Shown here: positions 9,353 through 17,881 of the stretch, piece by piece | How the letters are laid out: every line of letters starts with the position of its first letter | Numbering within the stretch: position 1 is the stretch's first letter | DNA from: a virus | Taxonomy: Duplodnaviria > Caudoviricetes | Strand: one strand, 5' to 3' | Virus record (IMG/VR): IMGVR_UViG_3300046804_003398 | DNA: 64,000 bases | Made by a program: the position numbers and the translations under genes | The notes under the pieces: generated by a model | Told to the model about the DNA's origin: nothing | The model's input: the letters and a program-made list of their open reading frames with translations, nothing else | Database searches by the model: none

Positions 9353-10196
9353 CGATAAACGAGTGAATGTATATGAATGTGAAGCTTTGGGATTTCCTCA
9401 AAGTGATGCTAGATTCATTCCCGATGACTATTTGGCAAAACAAAAGTTCGTTATTCTCAGAACATGTTTTGGTATTGGTGATTGGGGTATCATCTCAGCA
9501 CTTCCCCGTAAACTAAAACGAAAGTATCCAGATTGTAAAGTTTACCTACCATCTGAGGCTTTGTTGTTCAAATTGTTCTCAGACATTCTAAGTCCGTCTG
9601 CTCTGACCAACAAACCATTTGGTGTAGTCAAAGACATCTTTGCAAATAATCCTTATGTGGACGGTTATGTTGATACTTGTGAGGGTGACATCTTCCACGA
9701 TCACTACAGAATTTATAATCCAGAATTGCCCGACGAACCTCTTGCCAAACAAATGTTGAAGTTCTGGCAATTCAGAGATCATGAATTGGATGATGTCTTG
9801 CCAGAATTGTATTTTAGCAAATCAGAGATTGGTTTGGGTGATAAAATCATTAATGGGTTTACTGGTGACAAGCCATTTGGAACATTGTTGTTGTCGAACC
9901 GTTATGACTATCAATCAGATGAAAAGTTGTTGAAATACATCAATCTGTATGATTTGCCATATTACTACTGGACATCAAAACCAATAGAACTCACAAGGTT
10001 TGCTAATATAAACAAGGTATTGGACATGAGTATGTTACCTCTACGTATTCAGTTTTACATAAAAACCCGAGCACTTGTCAATATTGGAAACCAAAGCGGT
10101 ATGAATGATACTATTGCGAAGTATACCAAGAACATTACGCTTCAAAGACAATTTCCATTAGGAGGTAATTTTGTTGAAGCAACGCAATACATCTAA
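9330..10196 (+). CDS. GT9 (ADP-heptose:LPS heptosyltransferase)-like protein
   Basis: ILRTCFGIGDWGIISALPRKLKRKYPDCKV matches the GT9 N-terminal GIGD...L...LK..YP pattern; also NPYVD and LVNIGNQSG. Confidence 0.65.
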   Translation: MIFWRILNDKRVNVYECEALGFPQSDARFIPDDYLAKQKFVILRTCFGIGDWGIISALPRKLKRKYPDCKVYLPSEALLFKLFSDILSPSALTNKPFGVVKDIFANNPYVDGYVDTCEGDIFHDHYRIYNPELPDEPLAKQMLKFWQFRDHELDDVLPELYFSKSEIGLGDKIINGFTGDKPFGTLLLSNRYDYQSDEKLLKYINLYDLPYYYWTSKPIELTRFANINKVLDMSMLPLRIQFYIKTRALVNIGNQSGMNDTIAKYTKNITLQRQFPLGGNFVEATQYI

Positions 10197-10220
10197 AGTA
10201 TAAAAATCTATATATACCAT

Positions 10221-11423
10221 ATGAATATTAGTTTTATCATTCCGTCACGAAACAACCTAAAATACCTCAAGTGGGCGTATGCGTCTTTGAGAAAAAATCT
10301 AAGTCACAAACAGCATGAAGTTTGTGTTGCAGATGATTTTAGTGATGATGGAACGTCTGATTGGTGTAAGCAAACTGCCGAAAACGATCCTCATTTTAAG
10401 TTCATTCGCAATGATGGTCCAACCCGTCTAGGTCACACAATTTTATATGACCGTTTGATCAACGAAGTTGCCACCAACGATGTGGTCATGATTTACCATG
10501 CCGACATGTATGCGTGTCCAAATTTTGACAAACACATTGAGAAATATATTCAACCAGGCACAGTTGTGAGTTTGACCCGAATTGAACCACCTCTTCATCC
10601 TCCAGGTCCAGAAAAGATTGTGATGGATTTTGGAACCGAACCAGAGTTGTTCATCGAAGAGAACTTCTTGAAGTGGTTCAATGAAAGTAAGATCAGCCGT
10701 CGTGACAAAACCACTGAGGGTATATTCGCACCATGGGCTCTTTACAAGAAGGACTTTCAATCAATTGGTGGTCACGATCCACTTTATGCTCCTCAAAGCA
10801 AAGAAGACAGCGACATCTTCAATCGTTTTCAATTGAACGGTTACAAGTTTGTTCAAACATGGGAAGGATGTGTATATCACATGACATGTCGTGGCAGTCG
10901 ATACAATCCTACTCTAACTACCGTTGGTAAGGAAAGCGATGAGTGGTTGGCTCAGAACAACAAGAGTGCCAGAAACTTTATTCGTAAGTGGGGTCACTTT
11001 GTAAAACACACAGATACCATGAAGCCTATTGTGCCTAAACGTTATGATGTTGGGTTTGTGGCAATCAACTGTGATGAATACAGATTGATGTTGTTGGAAC
11101 CATGGTGTGATACAATCTACACGGATGTTCCATATGATCGTTATATTCAGGCTGAACAAAAGAATACCAAGTTCAATCTCAAGAAGAAATTGAAGAGATA
11201 TGAGGATCAAAAGACAAACGATGTGATCGTTGAGTTTGATGCATCTAAGTTATCCACACAGAACTTTGAGTTTTTCAACATGCTTCAATTGATGTTAGAA
11301 GATAGTGGTGCTGTAGGCAGCGTAGAGTTTGACATTTTCAAGTTAAAAATAAATAACTTAAAAGATTATGGTCAAGGATTGATAGATATTAATGATAAGT
11401 GGTATTTAGAAAAACTAGTATGA
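10221..11423 (+). CDS. Glycosyltransferase family 2 with C-terminal extension
   Basis: ISFIIPSRNN, VCVADDFSDDGT, MIYHADMY, IGGHDPLYAPQSKEDSDIFNRF. Confidence 0.9.
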   Translation: MNISFIIPSRNNLKYLKWAYASLRKNLSHKQHEVCVADDFSDDGTSDWCKQTAENDPHFKFIRNDGPTRLGHTILYDRLINEVATNDVVMIYHADMYACPNFDKHIEKYIQPGTVVSLTRIEPPLHPPGPEKIVMDFGTEPELFIEENFLKWFNESKISRRDKTTEGIFAPWALYKKDFQSIGGHDPLYAPQSKEDSDIFNRFQLNGYKFVQTWEGCVYHMTCRGSRYNPTLTTVGKESDEWLAQNNKSARNFIRKWGHFVKHTDTMKPIVPKRYDVGFVAINCDEYRLMLLEPWCDTIYTDVPYDRYIQAEQKNTKFNLKKKLKRYEDQKTNDVIVEFDASKLSTQNFEFFNMLQLMLEDSGAVGSVEFDIFKLKINNLKDYGQGLIDINDKWYLEKLV

Positions 11424-12217
11424 ATAAAGTATCAATAGGAATTATTGGTTATGGATATGTAGGAAAAGCGTTTCATAACTTTTTCAAAGGTCATTATGAT
11501 GTAAAGATATATGATCCAGCACTTGCAAATTCATCTACGAAGGATGATATCAATAAGTGTGATCTTGCTGTAATTTGTGTTCCAACTCCAGAAAACGAAG
11601 ACGGTAGTTGTAACACCACTATTGTGGAACAAACGGTTCAGTGGGTAAATACTCCATTGATTCTTTTGAAGTCTACCGTAGAAATTGGAACCACAGATCG
11701 TCTCATAAAGACCTATAATAAAGATATTGTGTTTAGTCCAGAGTTTGCAGGTGAATCAAAGTATTGGACACCCGATGGATTTACTACCGATGTTAAACAA
11801 ACTCCGTTCTTTATTTTTGGTGGTAAGAAGGAATTGTGTTATAAATTGATTGAAATTTATACGCCAATTACAGGTCCAAGCAAAACCTATAGAGTAACTG
11901 ATCCTATCAATGCCGAACTCGCAAAGTATATCACCAATACGCAGTTGGCAATGAAGGTAGCATATTGTAATGAGATCTATGACCTTTGTGAGAAGTTGGG
12001 CACCAACTATTATGAAGTTCGTGATCTGTGGTTATTGGACCCTAGAACTACCAAATCACATACAGCCGTGTTTACTGGTGAACGTGGTTTTGGTGGTAAG
12101 TGCTTTCCAAAAGATACAAAGGCTTTGGTTAAGTTGGGTGACAAGGTTGGTGTTGACCTAGCAATACTAAAGAGTGTATTAGATAGTAATGAAAAACAAC
12201 TAAACAAAAACGTATGA
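11420..12217 (+). CDS. UDP-glucose/GDP-mannose dehydrogenase family protein
   Basis: IGIIGYGYVG Rossmann motif, ICVPTP, LKSTV, FSPEF, AELAKYITN...K, GFGGKCFPKDT with catalytic Cys. Confidence 0.9.
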   Translation: MNKVSIGIIGYGYVGKAFHNFFKGHYDVKIYDPALANSSTKDDINKCDLAVICVPTPENEDGSCNTTIVEQTVQWVNTPLILLKSTVEIGTTDRLIKTYNKDIVFSPEFAGESKYWTPDGFTTDVKQTPFFIFGGKKELCYKLIEIYTPITGPSKTYRVTDPINAELAKYITNTQLAMKVAYCNEIYDLCEKLGTNYYEVRDLWLLDPRTTKSHTAVFTGERGFGGKCFPKDTKALVKLGDKVGVDLAILKSVLDSNEKQLNKNV

Positions 12218-12591
12218 ATCTAGCAGACCTCGACATTCCTCTAATTTTCTGGATATCATTTATACTAATCGTGTGGTTTGAAAGTGATATCATGACCACC
12301 ATTGCTAACTTAACAAACACTCGTAGTTTGATTAGAATTGATGAGTTCTTAAAGTATAAATTAGAAGTTGATGTGATGTCTAACTATCCTACGTTTTTGT
12401 ATAGTAAATACCCAAGTTACTTTACAAAGCTAATATCATGTCCAATTTGTTTATGTTTCTGGTCAACATTGGTAACAGTGAGCTTATTGGTATATGCAGT
12501 TGGTCATCATGAAATATACACGCTGTTGTTGTTTCCAATCAACTATGTGTCCAGTTTGTTTATCTATTTAATTATACGTAAGCTACTATGA
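12214..12591 (+). CDS. Small membrane protein, DUF1360-like
   Basis: Three hydrophobic segments and a CPICLCFW motif. Confidence 0.5.
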   Translation: MNLADLDIPLIFWISFILIVWFESDIMTTIANLTNTRSLIRIDEFLKYKLEVDVMSNYPTFLYSKYPSYFTKLISCPICLCFWSTLVTVSLLVYAVGHHEIYTLLLFPINYVSSLFIYLIIRKLL

Positions 12592-12869
12592 TTATTGGTG
12601 ACTATCAATCGTTTTATAACTTAATCAAAGGTGACCCAAACCAAATTGCAATTAGTTTGGGTGAATGCATTGACGGATTGTCAAGAATCTGTTCGTGCAA
12701 CAAAAGCAGAAAACAAGCAAAAGCTCAAGAGTGTAACGAACTTTATGTTAAGTTTGTGAAGAACAACCAAAACACTTTGGCTGACTATATGCGCAATAAA
12801 ACAAATGATGCGGAAATAGTTTTTAACCATAACTCGCATCATCCGATTTTGAAATTGAAACTACGTTAG
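12588..12869 (+). CDS. Hypothetical protein (93 aa)
   Basis: 4-nt ATGA overlap with the upstream gene; converges on the dNMP kinase gene. Confidence 0.7.
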   Translation: MIIGDYQSFYNLIKGDPNQIAISLGECIDGLSRICSCNKSRKQAKAQECNELYVKFVKNNQNTLADYMRNKTNDAEIVFNHNSHHPILKLKLR

Positions 12870-13528
12870 ATTACAGACTTAGTTACAATCTTCATTGAAA
12901 TCAAAGCATCCTCGACATGTTTTCTGATGTAAGGACACTCCAATAACTGTTCCTTGGTTGTGTATTTCTCCGACATATCTTCCCATTCAAAAGCATAATC
13001 GGCACGTTTCATCACCTTGGGATTATTAAGCATCTCATGTTCATTAGGAGCTGCTTCGTAAATCTTAACTGCTTTTGATGTGGTGACTCTACGTTTGGAT
13101 GGAGCTGGACCCATCTTGAATCGGGTAACATGAACCAACTTGCCTGCCATCTTGAATTGAAGCCAAGTGCATTCATCTTCTGGATAATGATCATATCTGA
13201 TATCGGTGATAAAGAATACATCTGCCTTTGACTTGGCAATGTGCTTTTCCACCTTTTGAGTCCAATACTTACCTTCACTGGTCTTTCTCATCACATCACC
13301 ATATGCAACGAGGAGTGGACGAATGATGGTCTTCTGTGCGGTATCTTCTGTGAATACATCAATACCTGTCTTTTTGAAAATAAGATCCTTGAGATCACTC
13401 TTCAATTCATAAGCAAGAGCATGACGCTCTGTCTTGAGTTTATATTGTTTTTCAAGAATGTCTTGTGCGACAGTTGTAAACAAATCTTTTCCGCTTCTGG
13501 CCATGCCTGATACACCTATAACTTTCAT
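12866..13528 (-). CDS. Deoxynucleoside monophosphate kinase (T4 gp1-like)
   Basis: VIGVSGMARSGKD P-loop, RPLLVAYGDVMR, FITDIRY..E. Confidence 0.85.
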   Translation of the reverse strand: MKVIGVSGMARSGKDLFTTVAQDILEKQYKLKTERHALAYELKSDLKDLIFKKTGIDVFTEDTAQKTIIRPLLVAYGDVMRKTSEGKYWTQKVEKHIAKSKADVFFITDIRYDHYPEDECTWLQFKMAGKLVHVTRFKMGPAPSKRRVTTSKAVKIYEAAPNEHEMLNNPKVMKRADYAFEWEDMSEKYTTKEQLLECPYIRKHVEDALISMKIVTKSVI

Positions 13529-13532
13529 AATA

Positions 13533-14030
13533 TTAATCCTTGGTAAATAGTTCTTCTACTTCTGTTTGTGAATATCCGAAAGATGCGACCAACGTTTGCA
13601 ATTCCTTGATACCATCTTCGGTCGAAATAAGTAGGTTGTAGTAATCTTTGGAATCACGACTACCAACATTAAATTTTCTACAGATGCAATCTATAATTGT
13701 TTGGTTGGGATCTTTTGTAGACTTCTTGATATATGGATAAAACTTGAAATCCTTGGGTAGACACTGAATCAACAATGTATACATTTGCTTCTCAGGCAAT
13801 ACCTCCATGTATTTTGATATCAAAGATATTTCTTCGATGACATTTGGGTCCATGCTCAAGACTCTCAGAATCATGTATTTACTGAAAGACTTTTGTTCAC
13901 TTTCAGTCAATGACTCATAATAATCTGGACTTTGAACTTGACGGATATGTTTAACGTGGTCAAACAATCCTTTACTCTTTACTACGGTCTCTTCGTTGTT
14001 GGAAGCTTTGCCTTTTCGTTTCATTGCCAT
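13533..14030 (-). CDS. gp62: Clamp-loader small subunit (T4 gp62-like)
   Basis: LFDHVKHI...Y...YMILRVLSM...YPYIKK pattern recalled from T4-like gp62 proteins. Confidence 0.6.
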   Translation of the reverse strand: MAMKRKGKASNNEETVVKSKGLFDHVKHIRQVQSPDYYESLTESEQKSFSKYMILRVLSMDPNVIEEISLISKYMEVLPEKQMYTLLIQCLPKDFKFYPYIKKSTKDPNQTIIDCICRKFNVGSRDSKDYYNLLISTEDGIKELQTLVASFGYSQTEVEELFTKD

Positions 14031-14268
14031 ACATTCTAATACGTCGCTTCAGTTCTTCAAGATCTTTTATGACCTTGACTCGTTCACCAGACAACAATTC
14101 AAATGCTTCAGTTATTGTAGTGAATAATTTGTCTGATTCGCTCTTCGTATCTTCCAGATTTTGTTTAAGATTGTTGATTTGTTTACGAAGACTGGTATAA
14201 AGAAAAAATGTGGCTGCTATCGACAGCAGCCACATTCCAACAATCAATATTGTTGTTCCTAATGTCAT
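13972..14268 (-). CDS. Hypothetical membrane-anchored coiled-coil protein
   Basis: N-terminal hydrophobic helix followed by heptad-like LRKQINNLKQNLEDTK. Confidence 0.6.
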   Translation of the reverse strand: MTLGTTILIVGMWLLSIAATFFLYTSLRKQINNLKQNLEDTKSESDKLFTTITEAFELLSGERVKVIKDLEELKRRIRMYGNETKRQSFQQRRDRSKE

Positions 14269-14271
14269 TGA

Positions 14272-14475
14272 TTAGGCCTTGTAACCAGCAGCGAGAACCT
14301 CACGGAGAGCCTTGATCTGACGACCGTTCAAATCGAGGCGGGTATCACCAGCACGAAGGGTCAAACGAGCCGCCTTCTTGGCGCCAGCAACTGGAGTGGA
14401 GAGATAGAGCTCAACACCAGTGGTATTGTGGCCGACGAAGTTAGTCTTGTTACGAGCATTCTTACGAGTATACAT
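14272..14475 (-). CDS. Small basic hypothetical protein (67 aa)
   Basis: Has its own promoter and an A-rich leader; codon usage (CGT, GCT, AAG) resembles the capsid gene. Confidence 0.75.
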   Translation of the reverse strand: MYTRKNARNKTNFVGHNTTGVELYLSTPVAGAKKAARLTLRAGDTRLDLNGRQIKALREVLAAGYKA

Positions 14476-14539
14476 ATTTATTTTCCTTTTTATTTGTTTT
14501 TGTTTTTTTGTTTCGTTAGTTCATCACCAACTTGTAATT

Positions 14540-14567
14540 ATCTTACCACACGTTCTTAGGAAGTCAA
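14540..14567 (-). promoter_or_regulatory. Sigma70-like promoter
   Basis: Minus strand TTGACT, 16-nt spacer ending in GTGG, TAAGAT (TGn extended -10). Confidence 0.6.
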
Positions 14568-14582
14568 CAACATCTACTTCTT

Positions 14583-15494
14583 TTATTTTTGGATGTTGCT
14601 TTCGAAGTATTCAATCGCATAGTCCTTTGCTTTGAACTCAAAGTCCAAGTCAATGTCCTCGCCAACAAATTCTTCGGGAAACTTGGTAGGATAGTCCGCA
14701 TGCGCACGAGGATTACGGTTTTTGACATCATTATCACTGAAATGAAACAACGGAACATGACTACCCCATGTAGATTTTGCCATTTTAACTGCATTTTTAG
14801 CAGTCAGACCACCAGTATTACACTGAAAATGTAAATTGTCATATGTAATTGGAATCCCAGTTTCTTGATAAATGTAGTTATACAGCTGGTCAACATTCCA
14901 ACTATTGGGTTTGTCTTCGTTCTCCAATACCAAACGACTCTTAACACCCTCAGGAAGCTGTCTAAACACCTCTATAAACCGTTTTGCCGTGGCTTTGAGG
15001 TCTCCCTTATAACAGTTCATGTGGATGTTTATAGGCGCATTATACGAACGAGGAAGACCCAACCGATCCATAATATCGGCATGATAGGTCAATTCCACAA
15101 TAGATTTCTGTGCCACAGACTCATTTGCACTGGCTGGAACCACAAACTGGTCAGGATGAGTGCTACAACGAATATTACTATTTTTGATAAGAATAGCACA
15201 TTCATGAAATGCTTGATCGATTTTATCTTTATTTGGAAGACAATCAAATGATAGATTTGCTTCGGGTAGAGTTTTTAGAGGAAATAGATCGCTACTTACA
15301 CGATAATTCCATCCTTTATCAATACAATACTTGATAGTTTCTTTTGTAACATTAACGTTGTTTAATACACGTTTGCTAAGAATTTCAAGTGAATCGACAC
15401 GTTCAAGTGCAAGAAACCGTGATTTTGTCATGGTATTTGCTTTGAAACCACGTTCTTGGAGTTTAAGGGATATGCAACACAAACTTTTTCTCAT
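14583..15494 (-). CDS. uvsE: UV-damage endonuclease UvsE/UVDE
   Basis: YRVSSDLFP, STHPDQF, INIH, RLVLENEDK, YDNLH, HFS, HAD, DFEFKAKD. Confidence 0.92.
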   Translation of the reverse strand: MRKSLCCISLKLQERGFKANTMTKSRFLALERVDSLEILSKRVLNNVNVTKETIKYCIDKGWNYRVSSDLFPLKTLPEANLSFDCLPNKDKIDQAFHECAILIKNSNIRCSTHPDQFVVPASANESVAQKSIVELTYHADIMDRLGLPRSYNAPINIHMNCYKGDLKATAKRFIEVFRQLPEGVKSRLVLENEDKPNSWNVDQLYNYIYQETGIPITYDNLHFQCNTGGLTAKNAVKMAKSTWGSHVPLFHFSDNDVKNRNPRAHADYPTKFPEEFVGEDIDLDFEFKAKDYAIEYFESNIQK

Positions 15495-15501
15495 GGTTGT
15501 T

Positions 15502-15529
15502 ATTATACCACGAGCAAGTGTGAAGTCAA
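15502..15529 (-). promoter_or_regulatory. Sigma70-like promoter of uvsE
   Basis: Minus strand TTGACT, 16 nt, TGG-TATAAT. Confidence 0.7.
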
Positions 15530-15946
15530 TTAGAAGCTACCACTACCGCTTTGGCTACCGCTGAATGAGCCAGTAGCACAACAATCAACACCCAATATTG
15601 GACAGAAGTATCCAAGTAATTTCCATGTGGTAGGACCAGCAGCTGTTTTAACCCAAGAGGCTTTCTTGTTGATGCCTTGGGTTAAAACATACTGTGTTTT
15701 CTTAGTAAGATCTGGAAATTGATCTGATAATGAATTGAAATCTGCGTCTGTATTTGATCTATACCAAATCAAATTGTCATTTTTAATGAGCAAATCACCT
15801 GGATCACCAGTGAATACACCTTCAGGAGAATTATCTTTTTCCGTCGTTGTTCTAGCAGACTTCGCAAATTGAGTCAGTTTAGATACAAATTTCTGATATC
15901 TATCTGCAAAGGTATAATTAACGGATGGATTTTTACTTTTTCCCAT
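15530..15946 (-). CDS. Hypothetical protein with Gly/Ser tail
   Basis: 138-aa ORF ending CCATGSFSGSQSGSGSF, preceded by the TATTTAT motif. Confidence 0.65.
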   Translation of the reverse strand: MGKSKNPSVNYTFADRYQKFVSKLTQFAKSARTTTEKDNSPEGVFTGDPGDLLIKNDNLIWYRSNTDADFNSLSDQFPDLTKKTQYVLTQGINKKASWVKTAAGPTTWKLLGYFCPILGVDCCATGSFSGSQSGSGSF

Positions 15947-15974
15947 TTCTTTACCATAATAAATAGTAAAAATC

Positions 15975-17156
15975 TCATCTTCCTACCTCACCAAAGTAAA
16001 GTTTTTTTGAGTCTTCATAAGACATTCCGATCATTTTGTTATAATACAGAACGTCTCCTTTCAATCTATTCTCACTTTTGAGAGTCTTATATCTTGCAAT
16101 TGCCTTTTGTCTCCACCAATCAATAATGTATTTTTCATTGTAAATTGGATTCAACTCTAGCTTGCTTTCTTCAATTTCTCCTCTTAGGAAATCCCTACTA
16201 TTACGATAGGGACAAGCATAATAGGTTCCACGTTCATAACCATGGACATATTCAGCTGCTTTAATTTCACATTGAGAGAAAATCATGCTCAACACACGAT
16301 TCTTGGCACCAGTTACAGGTCCACTAACACCTTCTTTTTGGGTCATTGCCTGTTTGTATTTGTCAGCCTTGTTCTCTTTAATCCAGTCATGCCATACCTT
16401 GTAAATAGCATCATCTGGCTTAATAGTCATTTTACCACTACTGGTTCCACACTTGTGCCACCACTTGAGACTATTATACATACTGTAACTGCCATATAGA
16501 CTGGTTGTGGTAATACCAGCTAGAGTCTGACCATACAACTGCTTCCAAAGATTTCTTACGGTCTCACCAGTTACTAATCCCGCAATCAACTTTCCACCCA
16601 AGAAGTTGTATCCAAATGGTTGTGTAGACATAATACAACTACCAATTGCACTGTTGTTCAACTTCTTACCTTTTAACTTTGCATCTGGAGTCCAACCAAT
16701 ATAGTTATCACGATCAGTAATTGTAATAACATCACTAGACATACTGATTACACCAAGATATCTAGGATTGTCTTTGTTACCATCACTAATCAACAATTTG
16801 ATGAATCTGCCTGGGGTTTGATCATATGCCATTGTATGAACAAACGTTCTAAGCATTACCCATTCAGTATCCAGTGCAGTATTATCTACATGAACTACCG
16901 TTGGATTGATGCTTTCAATTTCTTTAATAGTGGCTGCTTCATCATTTAGATCTGTTGGTGTCCAAATCTTGTTTCTGGCAATTGCTGCTCGTTCAGAATA
17001 ATGATTCAATTCTTGCAGTTCGACCCACTTCTTGTAGAAGGTTTGTTCTTCTACAGACATCGACTTGAGATAATTGAGATTGTCAATTAGTTTCTTCTTG
17101 TTTGTCTCATAGTCGAATTGTTCGATTCCACTAAAATATTCTTGTAATACGTCCAT
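15975..17156 (-). CDS. DUF4338/DruA-like protein
   Basis: PGRFIKLLI...YLGVISMSSD...RDNYIGW...KLNN...QPFGYNFLGGKLIA...TTSLYG pattern recalled for DUF4338-family proteins. Confidence 0.6.
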   Translation of the reverse strand: MDVLQEYFSGIEQFDYETNKKKLIDNLNYLKSMSVEEQTFYKKWVELQELNHYSERAAIARNKIWTPTDLNDEAATIKEIESINPTVVHVDNTALDTEWVMLRTFVHTMAYDQTPGRFIKLLISDGNKDNPRYLGVISMSSDVITITDRDNYIGWTPDAKLKGKKLNNSAIGSCIMSTQPFGYNFLGGKLIAGLVTGETVRNLWKQLYGQTLAGITTTSLYGSYSMYNSLKWWHKCGTSSGKMTIKPDDAIYKVWHDWIKENKADKYKQAMTQKEGVSGPVTGAKNRVLSMIFSQCEIKAAEYVHGYERGTYYACPYRNSRDFLRGEIEESKLELNPIYNEKYIIDWWRQKAIARYKTLKSENRLKGDVLYYNKMIGMSYEDSKKLYFGEVGR

Positions 17157-17175
17157 ATTTATAAACTAGTATATC

Positions 17176-17415
17176 ATGAAGTTTAAAAAGATCAATCCAA
17201 AAGAAGAAACGTTTTTTGTATTCGAAACGAGTCAAAGATCTTTTAGTATATTTGACAGTCAGTTGGATGAACCTATCTATTATGGTAGTTGGAACATGTG
17301 TGAAGGTGTTGTTAAAAACATCAAAAAACACATGAAAGATGCTTCTATCTATTACTACTCAAAAGAAAAAAGCGGACAGCTTAAGCTAAGTCCGCTTTGG
17401 TCTCACAATATTTGA
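17176..17415 (+). CDS. Hypothetical protein (79 aa)
   Basis: Lone plus-strand ORF in the gap, with TATTTATA at 17156-17163 upstream. Confidence 0.65.
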   Translation: MKFKKINPKEETFFVFETSQRSFSIFDSQLDEPIYYGSWNMCEGVVKNIKKHMKDASIYYYSKEKSGQLKLSPLWSHNI

Positions 17416-17423
17416 ATCAACTA

Positions 17424-17795
17424 TCACACAGACATAGTGACATTCTGTGACTTGGTTGACTCAGCAATCGTGACAACGGACTCTTCCTTAGAAGCATTGA
17501 CACTCAAAACATTGACACTCAATCCATCCTTAAGCACAACACCCTTACTCTTTGCTTCTGCAATATGTTCTTGAGTAATAGGTGAACATGCCAACACCAA
17601 ACGAGGACGGCCCTTACCATTGTGAAGATATCCAACCTCCGAAACCATGTTATCGGAAATCGACTTCTTGAGTCGAACTCGCAACGTGATGTTGACAAAC
17701 TCGGGGTTCTTCTGGTTTAGTTCCTCAATTGTGAAGATATTCTTCGGCCAAGTGACGGTGAGGTTTGTCTTGTTCTTACGATCAGTCTTTTTCAT
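17424..17795 (-). CDS. Putative winged-helix DNA-binding protein
   Basis: FTIEELNQKN...ITLRVRLKK...EVGYLHNGKGRPRLV resembles a wHTH wing (GxGRP). Confidence 0.5.
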   Translation of the reverse strand: MKKTDRKNKTNLTVTWPKNIFTIEELNQKNPEFVNITLRVRLKKSISDNMVSEVGYLHNGKGRPRLVLACSPITQEHIAEAKSKGVVLKDGLSVNVLSVNASKEESVVTIAESTKSQNVTMSV

Positions 17796-17852
17796 TTTTT
17801 ATCCTTTCTTGTATTTATGTTTATAGTTTAGGTATGATCTACCTGTGTTTAA

Positions 17853-17881
17853 ATTATATCAGAAGAGTTGTTATACGTCAA
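17853..17881 (-). promoter_or_regulatory. Sigma70-like promoter
   Basis: Minus strand TTGACG, 17 nt, TGA-TATAAT. Confidence 0.7.

Noticed and set aside
15957-15965. Alternative ATG at 15957 directly after the TATTTAT motif
   Set aside because: It opens only a 27-codon out-of-frame ORF; the 15946 start gives the long ORF. Possible uORF, but unsupported.
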